Virus record (IMG/VR): IMGVR_UViG_3300042478_001888
Location: 1,910 to 65,909 of that record
Reading direction: 5' to 3' (one strand)
Length of the DNA stretch: 64,000 nucleotides
From: a virus
Taxonomy: Duplodnaviria > Caudoviricetes
Part shown: one piece after another, positions 39,401 through 47,341 of the stretch
How the letters are laid out: each line of letters opens with the position of its first letter
Position numbering within the stretch: position 1 is the stretch's first letter
Notes under the pieces: model-generated
Seen by the model: only the letters and a program-made list of their open reading frames with translations
What the model was told of the DNA's origin: nothing
Database searches by the model: none
Translations under genes and position numbers: made by a program

Positions 39401-42099
39401 GTTTAGATTCAGGCGAAATATCTCAGGAGGCTTACGATTCAATGCAGAAGCGTGATTATGTTCGTAGGTTGTTTGTTGACCTTTCAAACACAACCTTAGA
39501 TGAAGCAAATTATTCCCCTGTATCTAAAGAAATAAAAGCTATCAAGGAAGGTAGTGAGGACGCAATATTGGAAATGGATACTCAGGCTTTGTTGCAGATT
39601 AACGCTCAAATAACTTTCGATAGTGTTGCTAAAAACAACTTCATTAAAAAGGTTGTTGGTTGGTCGGAAGCTAAGCAGCAGGATTATTTAGACAAGGCGC
39701 TTGAAAAGTTCAAGGACGCTCGTGCTAGAACGGAGAGGTATCTTCGTTCTAGTCCTAGGCCATTAACCCAAGACGAGATAGACAGATTCATAAAGGAGCA
39801 GACGTTATTTATTCCTTTGAGTAATGATGCGAAGGTTCCTAGTGGGTTTACTGCGCAGAAGTATTTTGTAGATGGTGTTGAGAAGAGGGTTGCTGTTCGT
39901 AATGATATTGCAAACATATTTCAAACGCCAAGCGGAAGGGGTATTAACGAGAACAGTTTTGCTATTAAGGCTATATCTGCGCTTCTTTTAACTCCGGTTA
40001 TTAAGGCTTCGGCGGTATTTGTAAACCCAGCGTTTGCGATAGGTAACTTTGCCCTTGACGTAATTCATGCGTCAATGGTTACTAGGGATTTGTATAAGTC
40101 GTTTACTTTTAACCTTGGTACTATTTTGGCAAAGGCTACGGGATATACTGCGGAGAACATATATCGCAAGGCGGTGAAGTATGGTGCTTCCCTTTTTGGT
40201 AGAACTGCCAGGGATTCAAAGTTCGAGCGTCTTGTAAAGGATTACTTTGAGCATGGTGGAGGTATGTCTGGCCTTTCCAATCCTTCGTCAAGAATGTATA
40301 GTGATAAGCTGTCTAGTAGTGCTTTGCGTAGGAGTTTTGGTGATGCTATGGATGGTATTATTGCTGTGTTGGACGTAATAAATTCTTTGCAATCGGGTTC
40401 GGAGCTTATTACTAGGGTTATTGTTTATGAGGCTGCATTGGATAAAAACATAGCGGCGTATAGGGAGAAGAATGGTGTTGACCCAGTTGGGGAGGATTTA
40501 GCGTTAATGAAGATGTCTGCGGCGGCGAGTTCTGCTGATTTGATTGATTTCAGGGAAGGCGCCGAAGCAACAAAAGCGCTCGACCAAACCCTTCTGCCTT
40601 TCTTAAACGCTATGATTCAAGGTGCTAAGGCAGAGATTGATTTTGCATCCAAGAATCCTTTACTTGCTGCTGCAAGATTGGCAGAGTTTGGAGGTATGGC
40701 ACTTGGGGCTGCTCTGTACAATGCTAATTCCGGAGATGAAGATGAAAAAGAGGGTATCGTTGGCTACAATGGTATTACCGATTACATAAAGTCGAACTAC
40801 TTTGTAATGATGATGCCTTGGACTAAGAAGAATGAGCGTGGGGAGATTGTCCGTCCGTTCATATCAATTAAGTTGCCTGCTGCGTTAAAGGCTACGAACA
40901 TTTTGGTTAGCGGTATGGTTGCCGACCAAGGGGCGGAGAATACTATTGGCCAAATGGCAAGTGCGTTAGAAGGTGGTTATGTTCCTGAGATTGGTTCTGT
41001 ATCTCCTACCGCCCAGATTTTTATGGCTTTGAATGACAATAGGGATGCGTTTAGGAAGGGCGCTCCGGTGTATCGTGGTAGGGCAGACGTGTTATTAACT
41101 GAGCGTTTCAACGCAGGGGAAACGAAGGCTATTTATCGTGATTTGTTTGGTGCTATGTATGATTTAATCAATGAGGATGGCGAGAATGAGGGTGTTTTAG
41201 GTTTTGATGAGGCGGGGCCGGCGCAATGGCAAGCGGCTTTCGAGAAGGCAATATCTTCAAACAATCCATACTACCTTGGCATTACGTCCACCTACGCGAC
41301 CATATCTTCGCTATACGGCAAGGATAATAAGAAAGAGGTAGATGCGCTTATGGACGAGAAGTTTGCTGCCTTAAATGCGTTTGGGAGCAGAGTATATCGC
41401 GAGCCGAATAGTAATGTTCAGCAGAAGAATATGAAGGATAGGAAACAGGTTGATTTCCTTCGCGACCAGATAGGTTCTTGGCAAAAAAAGAACGATGATG
41501 CTATTGAGTTTGCTGCCAAGACGATACGGGATATTAACAAGTTAGAGGGTAACTCGAAGAATGTTAAAATAGATTTATTCTTTGACAGGGAGGTGTTTAA
41601 TTATATTTCTGATGCTCAAATGATTAAGGGGATAAAGGATCAAGGCATAAAAGATATTCCTGAGAACTTAGATGACCTTAATAAAGTTATCAATAAAGAG
41701 CAAACTCGTTTGTCGTTGAGACTTTTAGAAGAGTTTAAACCAAACTTTGTTTTCAAGCATCCGGCGTTAAAGAGTTATGCGCAGAGTGAGGATTCTTATG
41801 TTGGTTTAAACGCCGAAATGATTAACAAAATTGCTAAAGAGTATGACAGTTCTAGGAATAGGAGGTCATATCTTATTGCGTTGAAGTTTGTTGCTGGTGA
41901 TGATTTTAAGAATATCGTTCAACAAATTGGGGCGCACGAAAGGGACTTGTCTGTTGTAGAAGGTATTACAGAAACTACGAGTGCAACTAAGTACAAGCGA
42001 CTTTATCTTCGTCCTGATAATAGAAGCTCAAAGCCAATATCCTCCGAGTCTGCAATAAACAATTTGATACTGCTAAAATATTTATTGACAAATGAGTAA
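33436..42099 (+). CDS. giant internal virion/ejection protein with embedded C5-cytosine methyltransferase and LPD38-like C-terminal region
   Basis: 2887 aa; FFSGAG, HASPVC, ENV, QNRER, TPEMMRRLMGLP and LGNGV at about 37150-38085; late NYFVMM..IKLP..NRDAF..P motifs. Confidence 0.8.
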   Translation: MSKEILKGIFEENIAPVREDITFEGWVDKIRDNEEYKVGLFENYVQPSMPEATFEEFNSNAFGSLGKVEAPLAGAQSEESFSPTESVSSEFEVGPPAGGTPPGVEPKGEPVAEAAALVGDVGSEGEPTIIGQELDPYTIVEKDDRNFFERLFGEDRYRRVTERAVETIPALTRLFGKAAAKDVQKEVNDLGRAMEADPEFVIKASQNGLFTTNNLATYLSQEAAGDKKGAEEINMFLEKGATGKTTQFERFKTLYAPIEKERNEAIQKELLSNRDYVALRGKIDAEFNSQRVGVDEKYDFKALMGEEFKVGEKELLGKYESATLALPMQLETKASELKFDYQTKVNNGQMGVNEANEGLKRDLDAYGAELQKQSDEALGEYNSGVSALAERVQKGVKDKPEFKAYMDELNDLRNGVVESFSGDYQKIQQAVFNNIAPKYNSKIESAITNSMKGETPLLNKSGVKGDIDKILGNRGWDYLPFDQKKAALDTMFGTALSKLKRSGVEINDGVVAGLRAEFDDAFMDRAYFTKKGTPSLFMVKTRAIEEAERLDEMLKEREAKTGTKTYTSGIYGSEFGVGGMGYDDTDVQELRLAREKLQEIIEMPETMSDNEWSNFWNGLTSGKVVDYLPFVSGLKNLSGTLALYRAVGKDTESARYLKNAEALNSTYKNMYEVNNMASDWYRAGRGTAESLPFMMEFAATAGIGSGVRIATEKVAVKLLGKQAETMVGKSFKVLAGTLVSSLAQTTLNPQRYVDETLKRMTPQMTIAFSPEGDDLVAMLDSSDAEGGFEAALKGFGVTASEYFSEGLGFAGARAMKALGSKMLQNEFLKKAYVGWYMSKFNLDTPTAFKKIAEMGGWNGFLMEFGEELVNIPLTNLITGDAKVMEGIIKDGEFDTENLADIARTLLPISLAGGSVSLGGLAINKIAPEGVTVTYRDINNLPTTETINKGVWDAVTEVMKSPSKVRDFIANELPKLKVDGKGRELVTSMLERSAIEFDRGVVGAGTRQVAEATSPLEVTFEPIPETGGAPKVEIVAKRRQKLNSDRTKLVPTGGFDYFAKVGDREVKLSDAEYKAYKESGVLPESVSAVEATPKVEGEVVPAATEEVVAEAVTPEVTQAPEVAEGQPAEVISPEVAEVLSTEDTTRIALESLEVLPEGIESAEEGARIYHEAIGKEERTEAEDAVVMAVEDAVIGGAVVPEVETPEAVETAEAVTPEEVSTEGVTPEVSGVVEAAEGQRQPSRVATFFSGAGTMEASLPNAQSVMAVEFNPAYVEAYNKAFGVEYEAKDVRDINPEEVIASKPDIFHASPVCKNFSAAKNKRTVLKSDMESADAVARVIREAQPPIVTIENVPDYQGTVPFETIVKALEDAGYTFDVGVYNSADFGGVQNRERLLIRAVKSGELPPIQEKTAPGDWYSAIEDLIESAPDSKFESRSESENWEMARIKDMVRKGKLDATKPIITMGGSASSGVAAAANAGGPAPTLLSTSRSVPRIILPDGTVKRVTPEMMRRLMGLPESYPIPSNPKIAKEVLGNGVDGAFTRALIDPLLNRAETQPSAETQPSAEGLTSKEKAEQYKKEAEEIAKEIRRKLKIRSGIKGNIGISPFSRAKRLAELEKDILYDVKDYIYKRVAQAIQLSKVYTFKDFVEDMKENSKRLFGVQIEVADSDKSIFHSARSRFEINDAFAQEILDLKDDFLFSIAAMSGRMNMNFQEFISSNSALVNGFVNRAESIYGLDDQAMMLVQEMYQDALRAAANRAESYTTLEDVKKFHETKEELLGLERDMERARINEEIKRRRNWLSRNFDKFQRAFITPVKNFNRAFGYRAGKFSDYRTSQERDVYSARKYRMGASTKAGNWYNAIHNKIYGGLSWFEKVELDKYLIYRRIVEVSEVRNQRAAEHKKLENELAAGVTPVRKQEIKEAMAELEKAGMGEVKSGSIMVDGKKEKYTVALAEAFVNDINARNDALAIKIRNRAEMYTEANNELLKMRLDSGEISQEAYDSMQKRDYVRRLFVDLSNTTLDEANYSPVSKEIKAIKEGSEDAILEMDTQALLQINAQITFDSVAKNNFIKKVVGWSEAKQQDYLDKALEKFKDARARTERYLRSSPRPLTQDEIDRFIKEQTLFIPLSNDAKVPSGFTAQKYFVDGVEKRVAVRNDIANIFQTPSGRGINENSFAIKAISALLLTPVIKASAVFVNPAFAIGNFALDVIHASMVTRDLYKSFTFNLGTILAKATGYTAENIYRKAVKYGASLFGRTARDSKFERLVKDYFEHGGGMSGLSNPSSRMYSDKLSSSALRRSFGDAMDGIIAVLDVINSLQSGSELITRVIVYEAALDKNIAAYREKNGVDPVGEDLALMKMSAAASSADLIDFREGAEATKALDQTLLPFLNAMIQGAKAEIDFASKNPLLAAARLAEFGGMALGAALYNANSGDEDEKEGIVGYNGITDYIKSNYFVMMMPWTKKNERGEIVRPFISIKLPAALKATNILVSGMVADQGAENTIGQMASALEGGYVPEIGSVSPTAQIFMALNDNRDAFRKGAPVYRGRADVLLTERFNAGETKAIYRDLFGAMYDLINEDGENEGVLGFDEAGPAQWQAAFEKAISSNNPYYLGITSTYATISSLYGKDNKKEVDALMDEKFAALNAFGSRVYREPNSNVQQKNMKDRKQVDFLRDQIGSWQKKNDDAIEFAAKTIRDINKLEGNSKNVKIDLFFDREVFNYISDAQMIKGIKDQGIKDIPENLDDLNKVINKEQTRLSLRLLEEFKPNFVFKHPALKSYAQSEDSYVGLNAEMINKIAKEYDSSRNRRSYLIALKFVAGDDFKNIVQQIGAHERDLSVVEGITETTSATKYKRLYLRPDNRSSKPISSESAINNLILLKYLLTNE

Positions 42100-42496
42100 C
42101 TACACCAAACCGAAATTAAGGGAAAGCATTAAGGATAGGGTAATGGCTTCTAGCAAGGGTGGCAAGCCTGGCCAGTGGTCAGCGCGGAAGGCACAGCTTT
42201 TATCTCAGGAGTATGAGAAGAAGGGTGGGGGGTATAGTGGCGGCAAGAGTGGTGCCCAGAAGAGTTTAAGTAAGTGGACGAAGGAGGAGTGGGGTACTAA
42301 GAGTGGCAAGCCTTCTACGCAGGGGCCGAAGGCTACTGGTGAGCGGTATTTACCAAAGGCAGCGCGTGAGGCGTTATCGCCGAAGGAGTATGCTGCCACT
42401 TCTGCCAAGAAGCGTAGTGATACTGCCAAGGGCAAGCAGTTTAGCAGTCAGCCCAAGAAAATAGCAACCAAAACAAGTAAATATCGTGGAAAGTAA
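42092..42496 (+). CDS. basic phage protein (DUF5872-like)
   Basis: GGKPGQWSARKAQ..YEKKGGGY..SLSKWTKEEW. Confidence 0.75.
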   Translation: MSNYTKPKLRESIKDRVMASSKGGKPGQWSARKAQLLSQEYEKKGGGYSGGKSGAQKSLSKWTKEEWGTKSGKPSTQGPKATGERYLPKAAREALSPKEYAATSAKKRSDTAKGKQFSSQPKKIATKTSKYRGK

Positions 42497-42659
42497 GTTC
42501 AAGAAATTGCAAAAGAGTGTAGCCAAGGGCTACGCCGAAAAGGGTAGTAAGAAAGCTATGGAGATTGGCGCTGCCGTTGCGTACAAGCAGGGTGTCAAGA
42601 AATATGGCAAGGAGGTTATGGCTAAGAAAGCCATTGCCGGAAAGAAGAAAAAAAAGTAG
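42486..42659 (+). CDS. 57-aa Lys-rich protein
   Basis: GTG-start ORF MESKFKKLQKSVAKG...AGKKKKK, read from the sequence. Confidence 0.6.
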   Translation: MESKFKKLQKSVAKGYAEKGSKKAMEIGAAVAYKQGVKKYGKEVMAKKAIAGKKKKK

Positions 42660-42681
42660 TATCTTTGAAACAAAAATTGTT

Positions 42682-42780
42682 ATGAAAGCAACTACCAAGG
42701 GTGGTTCAACCACCAAAACAAAAGTTACCACTAGTGGTGGCTCTGGAAAGAAAGTAAAAGTAAACACTAAATCCTGTTAA
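42682..42780 (+). CDS. 32-aa Lys/Thr/Gly-rich peptide
   Basis: MKATTKGGSTTKTKV...; TATCTTTG promoter motif upstream. Confidence 0.5.
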   Translation: MKATTKGGSTTKTKVTTSGGSGKKVKVNTKSC

Positions 42781-42782
42781 TT

Positions 42783-42938
42783 ATGTACGGAATGAAGAAA
42801 GCTGGCGGTAGCAAAACCGCTAAAATGGGCAAAATGGCTGGCAAAATGGCTGGCATGGTTGCTGGAGCTAAAGCTGGTGCTAAGGCTGGCAAGGCTATGG
42901 GCAAAATGGCTGCTGCCAAGGTGTCTAAGAAAAAATGA
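42783..42938 (+). CDS. 51-aa Lys/Ala/Gly/Met-rich protein
   Basis: MYGMKKAGGSKTAKMGKMAG...KKK; ATGA-coupled to the next gene. Confidence 0.6.
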   Translation: MYGMKKAGGSKTAKMGKMAGKMAGMVAGAKAGAKAGKAMGKMAAAKVSKKK

Positions 42939-43240
42939 AGAAAGACTCTCGAATAGAGCGTGCAGGTGTGGCTGGGTTTAATAAACCTAAGGCCACACCT
43001 TCTCACCCTACTAAGAGCCATATTGTAGTGGCTAAGGAGGGTGAGAAGGTAAAGACTTTGCGTTTTGGGCAACAGAATGTCAAGACCAACCAGACTGTTG
43101 GGCAGAGGGAGGCTTTCAAGTCTCGCCATGCCAAGAACATTGCGAAGGGCAAAATGAGTCCTGCGTATTGGTCGGATAAGGTAAAGTGGTCTTCTTCAAA
43201 GACAAAATCTCCATCTAAGAAATGGGTTAAGGGAAGCTAA
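42935..43240 (+). CDS. basic phage protein
   Basis: FNKPKATPSHPTKSHIVVAK..RFGQQ..FKSRH..SPAYW, a widespread phage family. Confidence 0.75.
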   Translation: MKKDSRIERAGVAGFNKPKATPSHPTKSHIVVAKEGEKVKTLRFGQQNVKTNQTVGQREAFKSRHAKNIAKGKMSPAYWSDKVKWSSSKTKSPSKKWVKGS

Positions 43241-44079
43241 TGGCACTACAAGTAAAAATAAAATTAGATGGTTGGAGTGTTTGCTTTACGGCAAGCAACT
43301 CTACTGTTTACAACTTCAATGTATCTGGTTTAAACACCATAACGGGTTTGACTCAGGAGATAGAGGTTTATTATGAAAGTCCAGCATCAAATACAACCGA
43401 AGCTACGATAGCGAGTGAATTAGTAACTCTGCTAAATGCTTTGCCTTTTAACATTAGTTCTACTGGCTCTTCATCTCCAGTTTTTGTTTATGGTGATAAC
43501 ACTATTTCTATAACTGCGTTGAACAATGTAACTGTTGCACCTCCCGGCGGGAATAGTGATGTTATGACAATAACAGAAACCACTTCGGCATACAATCCTG
43601 TTTCAAATGTAACTGGTTGGGGTACAAGTGGATTAGACCCAAACCCTCAAACTTCTGACGCTAGTCAAGCTACGTTTTACATTGTAACGCCTACGGGTAC
43701 AAGCCATACCATTTCTGTTTATCCAACGCTTCCTTCGGATTCTTTTGGAGGTTATTCTGTTTCTCCTTCTGCTTTAGGATATACTAGTAAGTTGCCTGAT
43801 GGGTACTATCAAGTTCAATATGAAGTTCAAGGTACTTTTGGTGGGAATAGTGGTGTGTTGAGTAGTGAGAAGAAGCAGATTCTTTTGTATGGAAGTGTTT
43901 ATTGTTGCATACAGAAAATGAGCATACAGGATGATTGCGAATGTGATGATTCTGACTTGTCTGAAATGCTTTTATTGTTTGAGGCTATGAAGGCCGCCGA
44001 TGAGTGTTGCGATATTGTTTGTGCCAAAAAGATACTTAATGAATTAACCAGGCGTTGTGCCAAAAAATGTAATTGCTGA
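43240..44079 (+). CDS. structural protein with Cys-rich C-terminus
   Basis: LPDGYY motif; Cys-rich tail; N-terminal segment similar to part of the 16963 protein. Confidence 0.6.
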   Translation: MALQVKIKLDGWSVCFTASNSTVYNFNVSGLNTITGLTQEIEVYYESPASNTTEATIASELVTLLNALPFNISSTGSSSPVFVYGDNTISITALNNVTVAPPGGNSDVMTITETTSAYNPVSNVTGWGTSGLDPNPQTSDASQATFYIVTPTGTSHTISVYPTLPSDSFGGYSVSPSALGYTSKLPDGYYQVQYEVQGTFGGNSGVLSSEKKQILLYGSVYCCIQKMSIQDDCECDDSDLSEMLLLFEAMKAADECCDIVCAKKILNELTRRCAKKCNC

Positions 44080-44882
44080 TGAGCTGTAATTGTCAAGATA
44101 CTCCTTGTTCGTGTGTAGATGGGTTGAACTCGTTTACCACTTTAGCGGCTAGTTTCACTCAGCCAGGTGTTGGGTTAAATGTTACCGTTTCCACCACTAA
44201 CCTCGGCCAGTTGAATAACCGGTGGGTGGGTGTTAATCAGATTTTATATGTTGTGGGTGGTGGTTACTACCAAGTGGTTAGTATCCCTAGCTTAGTATCT
44301 ATCCAGCTTCAAAACTTGGGATATACTGGCAATGCTGCCCCTGCCGCTACGGTTGCTTCTGGGGGCAATGTGTCCCCAGGTGGGTTAGCTGGGGTTACCG
44401 GCCCTTCTGGGGCCAGTGGCACTGCGTTATTGTTTAATGACCACACTCAGCAAACTGCGACTTCTAGTGCTACGTTGTACACTTATTCAATGCCCCAAGG
44501 CACATTGACGCCGAATGGATCACAGCTAGAGTTAGAGTATTGGACGGCAACCGCTCCGAGTGTTGCAAATAGGAACTTGCGTATTGGCATTGGCGGCACT
44601 ACGTTTAACTTCCAGAATTTAGGTATTTCTTCTTCTGTTGTTTTGCAGAGGGGGAGTGCTATTGTTACGAGGTTATCTGCCACTACTGTTGCGATTGCGG
44701 TAAAGTCGGAGAGTTATAGCGTTTCCGGAAACATCATAAGCACTGAAAACTACTACACTACTTCTGCTGCTGTTACGAACTTAGATAGCGGTGGGGCGCT
44801 TGCGGTAACCTTGCAGAGTGTTATTCCTACTACTGGTAACATTGTTACTGAATACTTTACAATTAAAAGAAACTTGATATGA
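44079..44882 (+). CDS. tail fibre/appendage protein
   Basis: S/T/G-rich; short collagen-like GxxG stretch. Confidence 0.55.
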   Translation: MSCNCQDTPCSCVDGLNSFTTLAASFTQPGVGLNVTVSTTNLGQLNNRWVGVNQILYVVGGGYYQVVSIPSLVSIQLQNLGYTGNAAPAATVASGGNVSPGGLAGVTGPSGASGTALLFNDHTQQTATSSATLYTYSMPQGTLTPNGSQLELEYWTATAPSVANRNLRIGIGGTTFNFQNLGISSSVVLQRGSAIVTRLSATTVAIAVKSESYSVSGNIISTENYYTTSAAVTNLDSGGALAVTLQSVIPTTGNIVTEYFTIKRNLI

Positions 44883-46534
44883 TAGTCCAGTCCTATAAAA
44901 CGATTGCAATAGGTGTAGCCAATTTAACGCTAGAGGGTGGTTCTCCTGCTTCTACGTTGAACTTAGACGAAACCGATTTGTTGCAATACTATGTAATGAC
45001 TACTGCGGGGGTGAGTTTATCTTCTCCGCTAACGATTGCGTATGGTGGGGCAGGTACTCCTCCAACGGGAATGGTTGGAATGTTTTTCTTCCCTGGGGGT
45101 GTTACCTTGGGGGCAAATACTTTCACGGTATTTGGGTATGCGTTGAGTGCTACTGAGGCGTTGAAGGGCGCTGTGATTGCGGTGGTGTATAATGGTTCTG
45201 CTTTTAGTGTTTCTGTGTTACCGGCGGCGAATGCTACTGAGTGGATAGAAACTGGAGATATTGCTGCCTTGGCGGTTACTAATGCCAAGATAGCGACTGG
45301 TATTGATGGAAGCAAGGTTTCGGTTGGTAGTATGCCTGCTGACAGGTTAGCTGCTGCGAGCATTACAAATGCTCAGTTGGCCACCATGCCGACCTTGACT
45401 ATTAAGGGCAACAATACGGGGGGCGCTTCCACTCCCATTGACCTTACGGCAGCTCAGGTGTGGACGATATTGGGTGGGCAAATCTTTACTGCTGCTGCCG
45501 GCACGAGTAGTTTTGTGCAAAATGGTAGTGGTTCTACGGCTGCTGGCAATTATGCTGGGGCTGTTGGGCAGAGTAATGTTGCCAGTGGTCTTAATTCCTT
45601 TGCTCAGGGCAACGGAAACACTACGAGTGGGGCTAGGGCTTCGGCTAGTGGCAATGCCAACACAGCGAGTGGTTCTAACTCAAAGGCTGTGGGGGATAGC
45701 AACGTTGCTTCTGGGGTTAATTCTTTCGCTGGGGGTATAAGCTCTACGGCGAGTGGCACTCAGTCATTTGCGTATGGGGAGGGTGTTACTGCTAGTGGCA
45801 ATAATTCTATTGCTTTAGGGGAAGATGTAACGGCTAGCCGGGAGGGTGAATTTGCCCGAAACAATGTAAACACATCGGCGCTCCGCAAGAATGCTATTAA
45901 CTTATTGCAATCTGCCACTACGAATGCTACTCCAGCAATAATGTTTTTGGGGGATAGTGGTTTATCGTTTAACGTGCCCACTAATTCTTCTGTTGCGTTT
46001 AGCGCTTTAGTAAACGCCGTTCAGGATAATACTGGTGGCGGTGGCGCCCCTGGAGATAGTGCAAGTTGGCATTTGACTGGCTTGGTTAAGAATGTGGGGG
46101 GTACTACTTCCCTTGTGAATGGTGTTAACTTCGACACTACTTTGTCGCGTACTATTCGCGAAGCGGGAACGGCTCAGGCTGGTGCTGCTGGCACTATTAC
46201 CTTGCAGGCTAGTGCTACTTCCATTACCAATGCGTTTGAGCGTTCTTACATATACATCATTAGCGGTACCGGTTCTGGGCAGAATAGGGAGATTACTGCG
46301 TACAATGGCACTACGAAGGTGGCTACGGTATCTCCCAACTGGGGGGTGAATCCAGATGCTACTTCGGTGTATCGGATTGTTACCCAAGAGCATTATCAGT
46401 CCACCACTATTGGTTGGGACGTGAATGCTGTGGCGAACAATTCTACTGACACGTTGGATATAACGGTTACTGGTGAGGGGAGCAAGAACATTGTTTGGTA
46501 TTGCCGGTTAGAAACCATTGAATTAGGGTTCTAA
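44879..46534 (+). CDS. tail fibre with YadA-head-like repeats
   Basis: Repeated N.ASG.NSFA.G 14-residue units. Confidence 0.7.
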   Translation: MIVQSYKTIAIGVANLTLEGGSPASTLNLDETDLLQYYVMTTAGVSLSSPLTIAYGGAGTPPTGMVGMFFFPGGVTLGANTFTVFGYALSATEALKGAVIAVVYNGSAFSVSVLPAANATEWIETGDIAALAVTNAKIATGIDGSKVSVGSMPADRLAAASITNAQLATMPTLTIKGNNTGGASTPIDLTAAQVWTILGGQIFTAAAGTSSFVQNGSGSTAAGNYAGAVGQSNVASGLNSFAQGNGNTTSGARASASGNANTASGSNSKAVGDSNVASGVNSFAGGISSTASGTQSFAYGEGVTASGNNSIALGEDVTASREGEFARNNVNTSALRKNAINLLQSATTNATPAIMFLGDSGLSFNVPTNSSVAFSALVNAVQDNTGGGGAPGDSASWHLTGLVKNVGGTTSLVNGVNFDTTLSRTIREAGTAQAGAAGTITLQASATSITNAFERSYIYIISGTGSGQNREITAYNGTTKVATVSPNWGVNPDATSVYRIVTQEHYQSTTIGWDVNAVANNSTDTLDITVTGEGSKNIVWYCRLETIELGF

Positions 46535-47040
46535 TGGAGCCATACAAGTATGTGTGTAAATACTTAGATGCTTTGCACTCAGGGAACTGGGAGAAGGCTG
46601 AGGAGTATTTATCGTGTGCTAAGAAGCTCATATCGATTACTATTCCAACTTTAGATACTATTGCTCCAAATGTACGTTTATACACGAATGTATGTAGTTA
46701 TTTGGATGCTTTGCATTCTGGAAAATTAGAACTCGCCGAAAAGCATCTAGCTTGCGCTCAAAACGCTTATGATATTTTGTTTGGAATAATTGTAATTCCA
46801 GAAGTAGTTCCTATTCCGATACTACCACCAAGCATTGAGCCGGTATGCGAAATACCTCTAAGAAGGTTGTCTGATTTCGTTGCACCTTATTCGTACTGCG
46901 GCACGGCCTACCTTGGGACGCCTACAAGCACGCCTACTTGGACAATTTACAGAATACAGGTTGCCAATAATGGCAGCATAACAATTCAATCGGCAGTTAA
47001 TGTCGCTTGGGATAACCGATTAACAGCAATTTATACTTAA
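46534..47040 (+). CDS. hypothetical structural protein with internal duplication
   Basis: VCKYLDALHSG..EKAEEYLSCA repeated as VCSYLDALHSG..ELAEKHLACA. Confidence 0.6.
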   Translation: MEPYKYVCKYLDALHSGNWEKAEEYLSCAKKLISITIPTLDTIAPNVRLYTNVCSYLDALHSGKLELAEKHLACAQNAYDILFGIIVIPEVVPIPILPPSIEPVCEIPLRRLSDFVAPYSYCGTAYLGTPTSTPTWTIYRIQVANNGSITIQSAVNVAWDNRLTAIYT

Positions 47041-47044
47041 AGTT

Positions 47045-47338
47045 ATGAACACAAACAAACCAATCACCGTTGATGGCGTTACCTACAACAAGGTTGCCGC
47101 ATCACTATCTTCAATGCCATTGTTTAACGCTACTGAGGTAGGCCAAACTGTTGCAATGCGTTTGCAGTATTTCGCTACCGATGAGGCTGGTGATGTGCTT
47201 CGGCCTGAAAACCCAAGCCAATACGATGTGCCTATTGTGTTTGGGGACGTTTTAACTTCGCAAGATGCCGATGCGGTCAAGGCGTTTGCTAAGATTACCG
47301 AGGCGATTCAAGAGTACATTAACGCAAAAGGTCTTTAA
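47045..47338 (+). CDS. hypothetical protein (fibre-associated)
   Basis: 97-aa ORF in the fibre cluster. Confidence 0.6.
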   Translation: MNTNKPITVDGVTYNKVAASLSSMPLFNATEVGQTVAMRLQYFATDEAGDVLRPENPSQYDVPIVFGDVLTSQDADAVKAFAKITEAIQEYINAKGL

Positions 47339-47341
47339 GTT

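Noticed and set aside
33436-42099. crAss-type virion RNA polymerase
   Set aside because: No DxDxD (DFDID-type) catalytic motif recognised; an MTase and an LPD38-like region are seen instead
10191-42099. Alternative genetic code (stop-codon reassignment as in some crAss-like phages)
   Set aside because: Long structural ORFs are intact in the standard code; the TerL break is a frame change, not an in-frame stop
42565-42780. 71-aa ORF from the track (MALPLRTS...)
   Set aside because: TTG-start extension overlapping a better 57-aa ORF; the likely start is the ATG at 42682 after a promoter motif
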